A stretch of DNA of 62,043 nt, filler included, from Sphacelaria rigidula (lineage: Eukaryota), in the NCBI GenBank assembly GCA_964200075.2. It is 6 parts of 6 records of this genome, joined end to end, with 100 filler letters (N's around TTAATTAATTAA, not from the genome) between each part and the next. Parts side by side here need not be neighbours in the genome. Positions count along the whole stretch, not along the records: positions 20,718 to 30,975 come from CAXNAA020006847.1; positions 31,076 to 41,332 come from CAXNAA020006848.1; 4 more parts are not named here. One strand, 5' to 3'. Positions 25,901 to 37,998 of this stretch are shown here, piece by piece (within the stretch, counting starts at the first letter, position 1; each line of letters starts with the position of its first letter). A program made the position numbers and the translations under genes. Below the pieces are notes generated by a model. It was given only the letters and a program-made list of their open reading frames with translations. It did no database searches and was not told the DNA's origin.

Positions 25901-28025
25901 TCCACACGTGTACTATGGAATACTGCGAATACACACGAATGGTTTCAACTTTTTTTCGCTGGAAATGCGGAGTACCAAGGATCGTGGGGTTCATGACGCC
26001 TCCTGGGACCCCGGATATCCGGCGAAAAAAACAGAAGACGAGAATATCTCATCCATAAAACGTTTTCCAATACCCCATAGCATACGTATGCAAAATTTCA
26101 GGGTTAAAGTCGAAAAACCCGCGTGAAAAATCGCGTGCGCGTGCGATGAAGCGTAACAATGTGCGCGCTACCCCCTAATTACTTGGTTATAGTATGTTGC
26201 AGACTTTTTGGCATCAGTTTTTTTAGTTACGCAACGAAACTTTCTGCAAACGTTCCTCCGACTACCTCGAGACGAGAAAATTTTGCACTTTTTTCATTTT
26301 GAGGCATTTCGTATCGGCTTTTGGGGGGTCTTTACCCCGGGATTCCCGCAAGCCGGTAGAGAGTGAAAAACTTTGAAATATTCTTGAACGATTTTTTCCC
26401 ATTTGGAGCACCCATATCTACCGCACTGCCAAGTTTGAGGATGACCGGAGCTTTTCTACGACAGGTATAAGGGAAAGTGTAAAGGGGGCTTTCTGGGGCT
26501 TTCATGACTATCGTCAGTGGAAATCCGACGATGCCAAATTCCACGTCACCGAGACGTCACAGTTTGGGGTGTAACTCGATCCCATACAAACCGTTTTGAA
26601 ATCTGTTTTTTGCGCTAGGCTCCCCAGCTATTACCAGTCACCAAGGTTTATTTCATGAAGAGATCAACAGATTATGTCGGGAATTCGCACCCTCAACCCT
26701 TCGGGGACTAGACCTACAGGGAGGGCTGATTTTTGTTTTCATGAAACGGCATCATTTTCAGTCATTTTCAAGTCAAAATGACGCTGATTCATAAAGACTC
26801 ACGGAACAAAAATCAGCACTTCAGTTCCCGAACGGTTAATCTCAGAGCAATTTGAAGGCCCCTGATCGGCCGAGAAATATGTTCACTGCTAGCTCCACAG
26901 CAAAGAACGCAACAAAATTCTGGATACGGTCACACTGTTCGCTTGCTCGCTTGCTCGTCAGGGTCCCAATGAAACAAAAAATGTTTCACAAGGTCAGCTT
27001 TTTGCCTTCTGTATCTCGTGAGGAATAATGTCTCGGGCATTCTCCCTGAACCAGCCTGTACACCTTGTGCTAGTCTTGAAGGGTACGATAGAATGCCATA
27101 GGTCGCTCTCCCCCCAGGTTCCATCACAAGAAGCACTTGCCTGCGGTACCAAGGAGATACTACAAACCGACGCAGCCACCACAGCGGGCCCGACAGAAAA
27201 CACGGGCGTTCAGCACGAAAAACAGAGCACAGAGCCAAACGCCTGAACGTCATGTTGAAGGGCGATGGAAGCATCACCACACGCGCCAACGCGTTGTATG
27301 TGCCGACACTCACATGACTGAATATGGACTTGTCCTCTATTCGAGTCTCCCACGGCAGAATCTTGACTGCCGCCTGTTTTAATCCGGCATCCTCTGCGCG
27401 CAAGCGAAGGGTAGGGATACACGTTACGCAAAAATATTAGGCGCATCATCCACGGCCAAACACAACAACCAGCGTCAACACCATTGCGAGGATATGAAGG
27501 CGTCCCATATACTGTAGACGCACGGCAACTGTTGCACGTAGTGGTGTTGGTCGAGATGGGTACTCAGGTCAACATACAAACCTTGACCTTCAATAATAGC
27601 GTGTTTGGTATATTTCTGCTTCAATGAACAAATATAACAGACGGGCTGGATTAATTTTAAATGAAAATTCCGTTTCCACCTCCAAGATCTGCTGACCTGC
27701 CAGACTGGGTTCACAGAGCACGTCATTTCTGACTCAAGCAGCATAATATTTTCGGAGGAATACGATTATTTGCAAGTGCAATCGAGGGCGATGCAAGCAG
27801 CGGAGCGATAGTCAGCCGTTCAAGCGACCGGGTATATCCATCAGTCGCATCAGCATCATTTTCAGAGGGAAAATGGAAGTCATATTTCACACAAGTGTCC
27901 ATCTCTGCGGGTGCTCGAAGAGTTGGCTGGATACGAGTAATAGTATTGAACAAGAGGATAATAGAACATGTCATCACCATCAAGCACGTGCGCCTAGGCA
28001 CAGTCGTACCTACATTCTCCCCTTC
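22916..28025 (-). CDS. BSD-domain protein (SYAP1/BSDC1-like), 5' part not recovered
   Basis: Phase-consistent exons: 28025-28010 (tentative micro-exon), 27393-27314 (...KILPWETRIEDKSIFSH), 25529-25449 (GLMEKILALSLEESNFTTPPPP), 24762-24496 (...AIKMLELDPNLGKVHARLIAKMPEEMFWFHYFSRI...), 23467-23347 and 23022-22916 (acidic tail DDLDDDSDP...EIAAEIGED*). DPNL...EExFWxxYF is the BSD signature. Confidence 0.88.
26694..26839. mobile_element. Small piggyBac-like MITE in a BSD gene intron
   Basis: Inverted ends tcaa-CCCTTCGGGGACT ... AGTTCCCGAACGG-ttaa, with internal inverted gctgatttttgtt / aacaaaaatcagc. Confidence 0.55.
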
Positions 28026-29639
28026 CTGATAGAGGGAAGAGCTGGTTGCCGTTTAAGGGGCTGGCCTCAAGGGGGCGGGTCATATCTCAATACTCGTAAC
28101 GGAGGAGAAATAAAACGTGACCGTGCGGTTCAACACAAACACCAGCGAGGTTGCAGGCAAAGGCCTGTTCGATCCCGTTTGCCGGTTATCAAACTTCATG
28201 GTTGAACAGTACAAATTGGGGAGTATGGTGATGTATTTAAAAACAAGTGCACAAGGTGGTGATGCCATCTGCCAAAAACTTCGGTAGGGACTAAAAATTC
28301 CCGTCTAATGAGAATCCCGTGACCATGTGGATACATCCATTACATCGATATTAACAATCTACGGATGAATAAATGTCGAGATGAACATATATCGAGATTT
28401 GGACGTTGAAAAACAGGTGCAGGCCGGTTCAGGGTGAACGCCTAACACGAATTCATCCGCAAAACCTCACGCCGGTTTTTGGAGTTAGACTCTAAGAATT
28501 TGCACAAATGCACTTTTAGGTCATTTCGAAACTTTTTATGGACGGGGAGGTTATTATTTACTAGTATTTATTTCGCCTGCTACCGGGGGTCCTAGGATAT
28601 TAGGGGATTTGAGGGTATAACATGCCGTTCTGGGGCCCCCGATAACCAACAAAATAAGAAGTATGTTCAAAGTTTTGTAATGAACTAAATAAATACGTGT
28701 GTGCAAAAGCCTGAGTGATGTTCTGCGGATGAGCGCGCTGGAGTGTACCCTGCCGGTACACCTCCCAACTTAACTTCTTGATTGTAGTATAGAACTAACG
28801 CCCTTTCAACGAGAACACCACCCCGTTGCATCACCATCGCTTCAGCCACATTCGCAACGAAACTTGGTACAAATGTTCCGTGGGCTACACCAAGACGACA
28901 TTAGTTTTTATTTTTCCTTTGAGAAGGTATATACCGCTTCCGCGGGTCTCCAAGCCGGGACCCCGGAAGTCGGTAGAGAGCGGAGAAACTTTGAAATAGC
29001 TTTCAACAGCATATAAATTCCATTTGGAGCACCAAAACCCGTCGAACTGCCAAGAAATGAAAAAAAAATCGAAAAGGTCGGGATCATACTGACTCACTTG
29101 AACTGCTTACAGCGGTGTGACCTGACCGTCTCAAGCCAAATCCTGCCACATTTCACACCTCTGAGTCCTCTAGTGGTGTAAAACGGCCACAAGCAAAACT
29201 CCGCCGTACATAATACAACTCCGCGAGGCCGGACCCTCAACTTACCACTTCATGCTAACGTGCATAACTTGACAACTGATGGATTTCACGTTCGGTCAGC
29301 TATTTCCCCCAATGAATGCTATACTTCCAGGCGCCCCTCGTACATATTTGGTCATGCTCCATCAATGATTTTGGTTGTTGTTGACAGTACGCACAAACGC
29401 ACGTAGACACGAAGGTTGCACGCGATATCAGATGGCAGCAGCGATGGCAGCGGTGTGGACATGTTAGATGAGGGAGGGGCTCATTCACACGGAGCCGGAG
29501 CGAGTGGTGCTGCAGAAGGCGGTGCTATCGGCATCGACACGAGTAGCCCAAGGCCCGCACAGGGTAGAACTGAAGAAGAGAGACGCTCTGACCGTCTCCA
29601 AAAGTGGGCCTTGGGACAGCCACCCCCGAGGCTCACACG

Positions 29640-30130
29640 CTCACACATTCTGGAGGAAAGGGTACTCAACAAGTATCCACTCAGCGGACGGCTGACTGCC
29701 TGATGCCATTGTGCGCATGTTGTGCAGACATGCGGAGGCGTGGACGTTCGCGGAGATCGATTCCGCTGAGCACAAGGAAACAGCCAACATGATGCAGCGT
29801 CTTCTGGGCAACAAACGTAGGTATCGAGAGGCATTTGGTATCTGCAAGTGCAAGGCAAACACAACCGTGAAAAAGCAAAGAACGGCAGAAGGGACACGTG
29901 ACGACTGTCTTGAATGATCTTTGAACGATTTTTTCGCCATGTGGGACATGAACGAGCGCGCTTTTTCGCTGATGGCTTTGCTCGTTGGGCGCGTGCTAGC
30001 CATCTCGGCAATCTCAGCGCAGTCAGAGCGGCTGTATTCTCTTGCCAGGCTTGTTGCCAAGAAGTGCAACTGGCTTGGGATGTAGAGCGTAGCGTTTCTG
30101 TTGTCCCTGCGCACGCACATGCCTCGTCAT
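29640..30130 (+). pseudogene. Decayed, internally deleted hAT transposase (C-terminal dimerisation domain)
   Basis: About 29918-30085 translates as FFAMWDMNERAFSLMALLVGRVLAISAISAQSERLYSLARLVAKKCNWL*. This fits the hAT dimerisation pattern WxxNExxFxxxAxLxxxxLAIxAxSAxSERLFS and is flanked by in-frame stops. Confidence 0.8.
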
Positions 30131-30740
30131 TCAGGCCACCGGCGCTGGCAAGGGTACGCAGGTTGAGGTGACTATGTTGGCTTTCATTTGACTGCAGTTC
30201 GTGATTTTTCTTCCATGTCGGGGGGGGGGGTCGGAGTACCGGGAATATTGGCTCTGTACTGTACTAAATGCACTGCCGACAGACTATGGTCAACGTATCT
30301 CAAACAGTAGGAGTCGACTCGAGGTTGGGCACGACCAGGTGGACGGGTCAGCCATCCGGAGCAACACGATGTTTTGCAGCGCACTGCGTATGATTTGCTT
30401 CATCCCGGGGATGTTGAGTGTCAAGTGCTGACTGGTCAAAGTGGCACTAATGTAGCGTATGCCCGAGATACGAGATATATCGTGTTGGGGAATATCGTTG
30501 TGTTTTGTTCCGGGAGATCAAATCAAGCTACTGAATATTGAATAGTGCCAGAATATTGAGTTCCCCTCTCGCGCTAGATTCTGCGGCACTTCCAGACCTC
30601 CTTGATTAAAACACGCGCTAAGTGTTGAAGTGCATTTCTTTTCCTTCTGACTTTTTTTAATCACTTATCGAAATTCAATGAAACATACATTTTTTTTTTC
30701 CCATATTTCTTCACCTTTTTACACTGACTCACACCTAGGA

Positions 30741-30975
30741 CAGGTCATGAGCTAGCTCATCTGCGGGCGGTAGCTCACTTGTAGTCAAACATGTACATGT
30801 GAGCTACGTCCGATAGCTCGACACAAGCTAAACGTGCGCTGATGAGCTACGAGTTGGTAGCTCACCCAGGGCAAACATGCGAAGCTCATGCAGCTCTCAT
30901 AGCTCACCCAGGGCGAATATGAGCTGATGAGCTACGGGTTGGTAGCTCACCTATCGCAAACGTGCATAGCTCATA
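30741..30975. repeat. Short-motif repeat array (gagcta/tagctcac), probable transposon terminus cut by the contig end
   Basis: Dense direct and inverted copies of GAGCTA/TAGCTC, starting with CAGGTCATGAG. Confidence 0.6.
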
Positions 30976-31075
30976 NNNNNNNNNNNNNNNNNNNNNNNNN
31001 NNNNNNNNNNNNNNNNNNNTTAATTAATTAANNNNNNNNNNNNNNNNNNNNNNNNNNNNNNNNNNNNNNNNNNNN
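30976..31075. other. Artificial contig linker
   Basis: N-run with central TTAATTAATTAA. Confidence 0.98.
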
Positions 31076-31311
31076 CAACCGTTGGCGCTTTCAACGCCGA
31101 CTCGACCTCGAGTGTCAGGGGAGGAATAGCCCAAAACCCCCCCCCCCCCCCCTATCGTAGGATGACTCAATGAACGTACGAAGAGGCTCATAAAAGGAGG
31201 GGAGTGATGTGGAATACCACCACATAGAAGGGAAAAATTCTGACAAGCGCACGCCGGGATCCCATCACCTTTTTGCACGCAGCACCATATCGGTATATTG
31301 GTACCACTGGT

Positions 31312-31581
31312 GACACTTTCTACGATAGCACCCTCCCCCCTCGGAAAAAAAGACGTGCATGATTTGGAGAGGCAAAATCTTCACGCAAAGCGGAATGGAA
31401 ACAGCCGAGCACAACGAGCAGCTCGGAATTCTCACGCTTGGGTTTGCTCTCGTCAATGTCGCCAATATTAGGCGCTTCATGCAGCCTGAACCCAAACATC
31501 AGGCCCTTTATGTACATTTTTTTCGTGATACTTTTGGGCTGGTTTGGGGGGGGGGGGGGGGGGGGTATCGTAGAAAGTGTC
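31312..31581. mobile_element. MITE with GACACTTTCTACGATA terminal inverted repeats and 4-bp TSD (TGGT)
   Basis: tggt|GACACTTTCTACGATAG...GTATCGTAGAAAGTGTC|tggt. Related copies lie at 49962-50207 (inverted) and about 10415-10670. Confidence 0.85.
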
Positions 31582-31801
31582 TGGTATGTCAATGTTGTTT
31601 GTTTCATAGCAACGTAGTGGCATTGTCCGACATGTTTAGTCCCGAAACACCGGCCGATAAGAACACACCGGCCGATGAGGGCTATACACCGAAAATACAC
31701 ACGCATCCTCAGGAAAATTGGCAGCGCAACGTGTGGCGGGCAAACAGTCAACAAGCCCATCATCAACATAAGCTACGACTGTGAGGTTACCGATGCCTCA
31801 C

Positions 31802-34800
31802 CGGGAATTGAATGCTGATGGTGTCTATAGCCGCTCCTTGTGAAGTCGCCTCGTTTAGCAAGGGATCCAAGTCGATCTGTGCATGAGGAATAAGCGATTG
31901 GTGAAGCGGGGGTCCGGAGTGCGTGACGAATTGGACGTTCGCTCAAGATCAACAACCATTGTTGCATTTTTCAAGTGTTCTGTATCCCATAAAGAAGCGA
32001 TCCGATACAGGTACATGCACCTGAAAAACAGCAAACGCTACTGAGGAAATAAGACGGTCCATCATCAGTGCCGACGAAATGCAGAAAGTAGCCCCCCCCG
32101 TGCGATGAGAGCACGACAATACCACGAGCAAGATACCCCTCACAAGGAGTTAAATGACAGGACGCCCTCCCCAATATCTTCTCGTTTTAATTGCTAACCC
32201 ATGCTCAAGAGGGGTGATCCTTCCATGTCTCCGGCGCTGCGGTTCGTGGGATCTTTGGCATGTCCAGTCGATCACGCAACATGACAACAAAAGGAAGGTG
32301 CGACACTTTTCCTCTGTACAAAAGAGTCGTAAGACGGCGTGTGAATGTGACAAGTAAAACTGACGATGTTAGTGGTTCACGTTTGAGGAATGAGGCCACC
32401 TCAAGAGCACTCCGGTCACGATCAAGGGTAGCCCGAGCTGTGCGTGAAGAAAATCGAGTCAGGCCTCAAGAAGGACAGGGTTGAAGCCGCGGGTGCCAAA
32501 GCGAGTCGGCCTCGTGATACAGGATTCGATAAATCAGCTCGCTAGTCAGCTCTCAACACAATTTATCCCACGAATCGAACGGAACATGCGACAAGTTGCC
32601 CAGTGGCTTCCCGCGCATGCCTCACTCACCACGATACTTTTTAGATAGTGTACACGTCATGATACTGAAATGACCGGCTGGTATAGCATGGTTCGCAGCT
32701 TAAGCTCGCGCGCGATTCAGGTCAGGCGGTAAAACTTCTTTACGGCATTCGTGATTTTACACGCTTGAACTACCTTTGAAGTTTATCTCATTTTCCATGG
32801 CAGGTGCAACGCAAGTTACTCATGGATGTGTACAATATATATATGTATATATATATATATATATGTATAACCTCCATACACGTACTCGTCGACCGCAAAA
32901 AAGGGGAGGGGGGGGGGGGGTGGATACACGTGAGACTCACATTAGCATTGCAGCACACGACGTGGCAATTCTTCAGGCCCAACACCATCGACCGCCGCAA
33001 GCCGTACGCCGCAACAGGCCGCCGAATTTCCAACCCCAAGAAGTTTTGCTCCGGGAATGCTTGGGCCATCGAACCCACGAACGCCGCTTTAGCACAACCT
33101 AGATAATAGACAATCCGGCATTCCATGCGTTTTTCGTAAAAGGTTGATATATATATTTTACGTACACCCAAAATGGAGTCTCGTAAATGTTCGTGTAGCT
33201 TGCATATTCGCACGCATGACGCATACCCCTTCGGGCACAAATTCTAACGTGGATCCTCGGTGGTACACTGAAAAAATGTGGCATCACCTTGAAGGTAAGC
33301 ACCATGAACTAACCAGGGGGTCACCGACCACGGAACGCGGCGTGTTGTCATCGAGAGGAGGATGGGGAGTTCAAAACAGAGGGGAGCTGGTCAGCTATAG
33401 CGTCGGAGATGCCAATGGTAAAACGGCCAAACGGCGATACTACTGTTCCGAAGTTGAGGTGCATGGGAGTTGATGGTTCAGCATTAGGATTCGCAGTAAA
33501 AAGCGGCGAGAATGCCTTTACTAATCGCCTCGTACCTACGGTTAACTTCCGCATGGATGTTAACCCTCTTCCTGAACCTTCTCCGAAGCATTCGCGTCGA
33601 GGGACTGAGTACTACCCTACTGTGTATACAAAAGTGAAAGCAAGTGTAAGTGATACATAGCAGCTGTGTTTCTTCGAAGGCCCAGATGTGATCGACGGTC
33701 TCGACGGTCAGCCACACATTACAGCCATTATGTTTTTTTTCAAAAGCACAGACACTCATTACCCTTCCGTCGGTGTTCAATATACCGTCTTGAACCTAGA
33801 CCCCCGCACCGCCTTCGCTTGGTGTGGCGAATCTTTGGTACGGCGGGACGGCTTGTTGTACCTTGAATGGAGAGACGAGGAAATCTCGGAAGTTTCAGTA
33901 TGTGCCTGCAGTCAAACAGTGAAATGTTTTACTAACATATGTTCATTTTTGAACAAAAAAAATCCCGAGCTGTAAGTGGCAGTAGTCCATGTTATTGGGC
34001 ACGACCGGAACACATTTTTTTGCACTGCACATCAGCGATTTTGATTGCGTGCGCGGAGCGCTGCTCCTTAAAAAACTCAACACGACCACATGTCGGCGTA
34101 ATTATTGCAAAGGAGGCCGTCAAGTCTGACATTCTTCGAGCGGAGCTTGCGCAAACCCGCGTCCTCACAACAAGTCAAGAAACATCTCGAGCGATACTTC
34201 ACGATATGTACTGCTTTGGGGGGCGATCGAAGGGTCTTTCCCCCCTCTACACAGCTAACAACGCGGACAACGAGAAAGCTAGTCTGAATAGATCGGCGAA
34301 CAACCGTCGAGCTTGGGGTTGATTCTTCGTCTTGCCAGGAAGAGACGTACGGGCGGGCCAGAGACTCGATTGAGAGGACTGATAAATCGAGCTAGAGGGC
34401 TGCCACAATAATACGACTGTGCGATCGGAGAACGTTTTTGTCCGACCATACAACTCCCTTCTTGATCGCTTACGAGTGGCGCTAGGACGTGAGTGTAGCA
34501 GTACGCGATGTAGCAGCGGAACATGGGGTCCCATCACACATGCGGTACGATCGTTTGGAGCTTGAATTGTAGTTTCCGCGGCTTTGGGTGTCACCGTGAT
34601 GAAATGTAGCTCCCCGGTCGTTATCTTTCACCGCACCATCGATGAATGAGGCCAACTGCTACGATTTCACTTTCGTGGAGCTGTGGCCAGCTACCCTACA
34701 GTCTACAGTCAGCGAATCCGCCTACCGCATGCGAATGTTGACTGTTGTAGGCTGCTGTACTGTCACAAAGGATGCTGTGCATGTATCGCTCAGCAGCTGA

Positions 34801-37800
34801 TGCAGGTACATGATTCACGACACTTGCTGTCCTCGGTGAAATATAGGAAGTTGACGTTGCATTGTTCGATGCAGTAAGTGGCAAACGTATCGTTGGCCAA
34901 TGCAATAGGGGATATATCCTCAACAGGGGACATATCCCCAGGAATGAAAAGTCCGCCCAGCTGCTGCTCTGCACTATGCTGCATTTGAACTCACCGATAT
35001 CGACATGCAGCGGCGCGCTTGGATTTTGGAAGGAATGATGGAACCACCCTTCCGGCATCTCCACGGGCATCTGAAACGACGCAGACAGCGGGTTGACATG
35101 TTGTCTTGCTTTCAGCCTGCGAGACGGACACAAGACACAAATTGCTCTCAAAGTGAAATAAACGCATCCGAGCCCCTGATGGTATAGTGTGTGCCGCATA
35201 CATACGTGTGGCACGGAGGAGATGAAACGGCGGAAATCCACCGGGTTCAACAGAGCCTAACCATTCCGTAATATATGAAGGATAAATACCGCTTTCTCTT
35301 TTACTTCGTATTTTACTTTTGTACCCGTTGCCTGGGATTCATCCTCGGATACATGTTGCGGTCCTACTTAGCACAGCTACGTACGTGTTCGCATTTGTAC
35401 CGATGTTCACAGTCCCGGTCACAATGATCACTACATCGCAGAAAAGCTAAGGAACAGGTCGACACTCGTGGAACCCGCATGAGGAAAGAAAGTCACCAAA
35501 GCGATACCAGCACAGGTGCGGCTACCTTTCTACAACCCGGACCGGCCAACAAAACCACAGAGCGTCAGATGGTCACATCATTTGAAAGGCATTGAGTCAG
35601 GGCAAGCTGAGGATATCGTGCGAATAAGCTACCTAAGTTCACGCGGAGTCATTGAGCTTGAAAATCCGCCTTGTTGGTGTCGTGAGACTCGCGCCCCCAT
35701 AATTGCACTTTTCCGTCTCAGGTTTTCGTGTTACCTTTTGTGAAATGTTCCAATGAAAATATATTATTCCGGTTTTGCACAAAAAATATGGACGTGTAAC
35801 TTCCGAGACGAACAGAAATGCGGTTGAGGTCTCATCCCTTGAGTCATCGTTGTTCGCAAGGTATAGTCGATACACCGAGGACAGGTGATCCACAAAGGCA
35901 ACCCGGAAAACGCACCGACGCTATCGAATCAGTAGGGACACAGGAAGCTTACGGCCGAATCGGGTAGAGCCCAGCTTTGCGAACACCGGTTGAAGTTTCA
36001 GCACTTGGGCCGACGGATCCTGAGCAACTCATTGAACTTAGATCAACTTGCAGGCGGTTGTTGCGCCGCTTCATTTCCGCGATTTCGTTACGTTTAGGAT
36101 CTCATGTAGAGTTGAAGATTTAGTGCATGGCACGTACGATAGTACAGAAAACACCTTTCAAAGCATCAGTAAAGTCTCATTAGGAGGTCGGGCCCACGGT
36201 TGTCCAGAAAAAGGAAAGTAGCTGTCCCCGGGGTGGTATCCACCGTTTTGGCCTCTTGTAAACAGTGGTGCCCCTGACTACTCTGGGCAAGATGGGCAGG
36301 ATGTCGATGTATTTTTGACATCTCCCATCATGCATTCAGAAGCATCATGTAGTCTGCCCGCAAATGGATGATAGGTCAAAATAACACACCCCCCCGTGGT
36401 GAGGGTGTGGGCAGAAGATATGCTCATTTCGTCGTCAGAGAGGGGAGGGGCGTACCGATAAGTTGATTGAAGTCACGTGGAACAACTCATCTTGTGGAAG
36501 CAGATACCGTTGAGTTATACCGTATACCTCAGGCAGTGGCGATAGGTACTCTTGAGTTGAACATTATAACACGGCCAGTGGAAATAAGTACCGCTGAGTT
36601 ATAAGAAAACGAGTTAACTCAAGTTTAGGTGAGCTCAGTTGCCCGACGAGTAGAACTTTCCAGCGTTGTGTTCTGTAAGGTACGATTTTCTGTATACCCA
36701 GGGTATTTTTCCGGGTATGTACCGTACCCGACAGTTCTGTGACTTCTGTAAGACTTTTATACCCGTACCCGATAGTTCTGTAAGTTCTGTACAATACATC
36801 TACCCGAACCCGAAGCGCGGGTATACCCGACAAGAGTTACCCGATTGCCGGTACCGGTTTTCTGTAAGCCTCCCATACCGTACCCGACAAGTTCTGTAAA
36901 GTCTGTAACACTTTCATACCGGTACCCGACAGTTCTGTAAGTTTTGTAAGGCTTTCGTGCCCGTACCCGAGGGGGGGGTATATCCGAAAAGAGTTACCCG
37001 ACTGCCGGTACCGGTTCTCTGTAAGCCTCCCGTACCGTACCCGACAAGTTCTGTAAAGTCTGTAAGACTTTTTCATCCCAGTACCCGACAGTTCTGTAAA
37101 CTCTGTACGGAATCTCATACCCCACAGAACGTACCCGTACCTTACAGAACACAACCTTGGAACATTCAATCCATACCCTGCTGCGCATGTCAGAGCACCG
37201 CGATCGAGAATCTACCATATCATGCATAGGTGTATGCAGATTGATGTTTGTCATTCGCTCGCTCCTCGAACTGGGCCCGAGATAAAAAAAAAAGCCTGAA
37301 GTAATCGACTGTTGTACAAAACAATGAAATCGCTATCGTTTTCTTTAGATTTTACAAGACAGGTGTCTGTACAGCATGCACATATATCACATGCGGTTGC
37401 CAGCCAAAATATTGTACCGAAACGAGGCCGGCCGCTCAAAGGGGTTAAAACGTGAAGACGTGGGGGCGCGGGGGCGGGGGGAATGAGGGGGGAGGGATAC
37501 TCACGCGACTTTCTTCACGCGACCGTCACTTGTAAAGTCAAGGAACTTCCGCAATACAGGCTGGATCCTGGCTAGTTGACTCTGCTCCGTCAGTGGCCCT
37601 ACCGCTACCTCGTCCCGCTGCTTCTCCTCTTGCCGTACCCCGCCGTCAGCGAGTTCTCCGCTGCTAGACCCGGCTGTGGCCTGACCGTCAGGACAATTTG
37701 TGGGTGGGGCTGCCACACCCACACCACTACAGCCAGCACTTGTGCAGAATAACCTACTATCTACAGTTCTGGTACCTCTACTGCTACATGCACGTGTTCC

Positions 37801-37998
37801 TGCTGATGTTGATGGCGATATAGTGAGCTCTCGCGCTGCCGGCAGTTCACCGCCGCAGCCGCACGAGACGCTGCTGCGCCGCGGGACACCCCGGCTAATG
37901 CGAGTGGATTGTGATGGGACTTGGAAAGCAAGCCTTCCCGCCGAATCCCGGGCCAGCAGAAGTTCCATGGCTGCCAGCCTGATTATGAACGTTACCAT
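31802..37998 (-). CDS. trmB: tRNA (guanine-N7)-methyltransferase, bacterial TrmB type, probably plastid-targeted; 3' exons not recovered
   Basis: Phase-consistent exons 37998-37505, 35116-34995 (LKARQHVNPLSASFQ...PLHVDIG), 33098-32941 (CAKAAFVGSMAQAFPEQNFLGLEIRRP...NCHVVCCNAN) and 31876-31802 (IDLDPLL...ISIQFP). RQHVNPL, DIGC, NFLGLEIR and IQFP(DP) are diagnostic TrmB motifs. Confidence 0.93.
36661..37159. mobile_element. hAT-type MITE with internal tandem repeats in trmB intron 1
   Basis: TIRs CAGCGTTGTGTTCTGTAAGGTACG / CGTACCTTACAGAACACAACCTTG, with 8-bp flanks GAACTTTC / GAACATTC. The interior is built from repeated gtacccgacagttctgta units. Confidence 0.85.

Noticed and set aside
36661..37159. 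CRISPR-like repeat-spacer array
   Set aside because: The sequences between repeats are themselves duplicated, the array is bounded by TIRs and a TSD, no cas genes are present, and the context is a eukaryotic intron.
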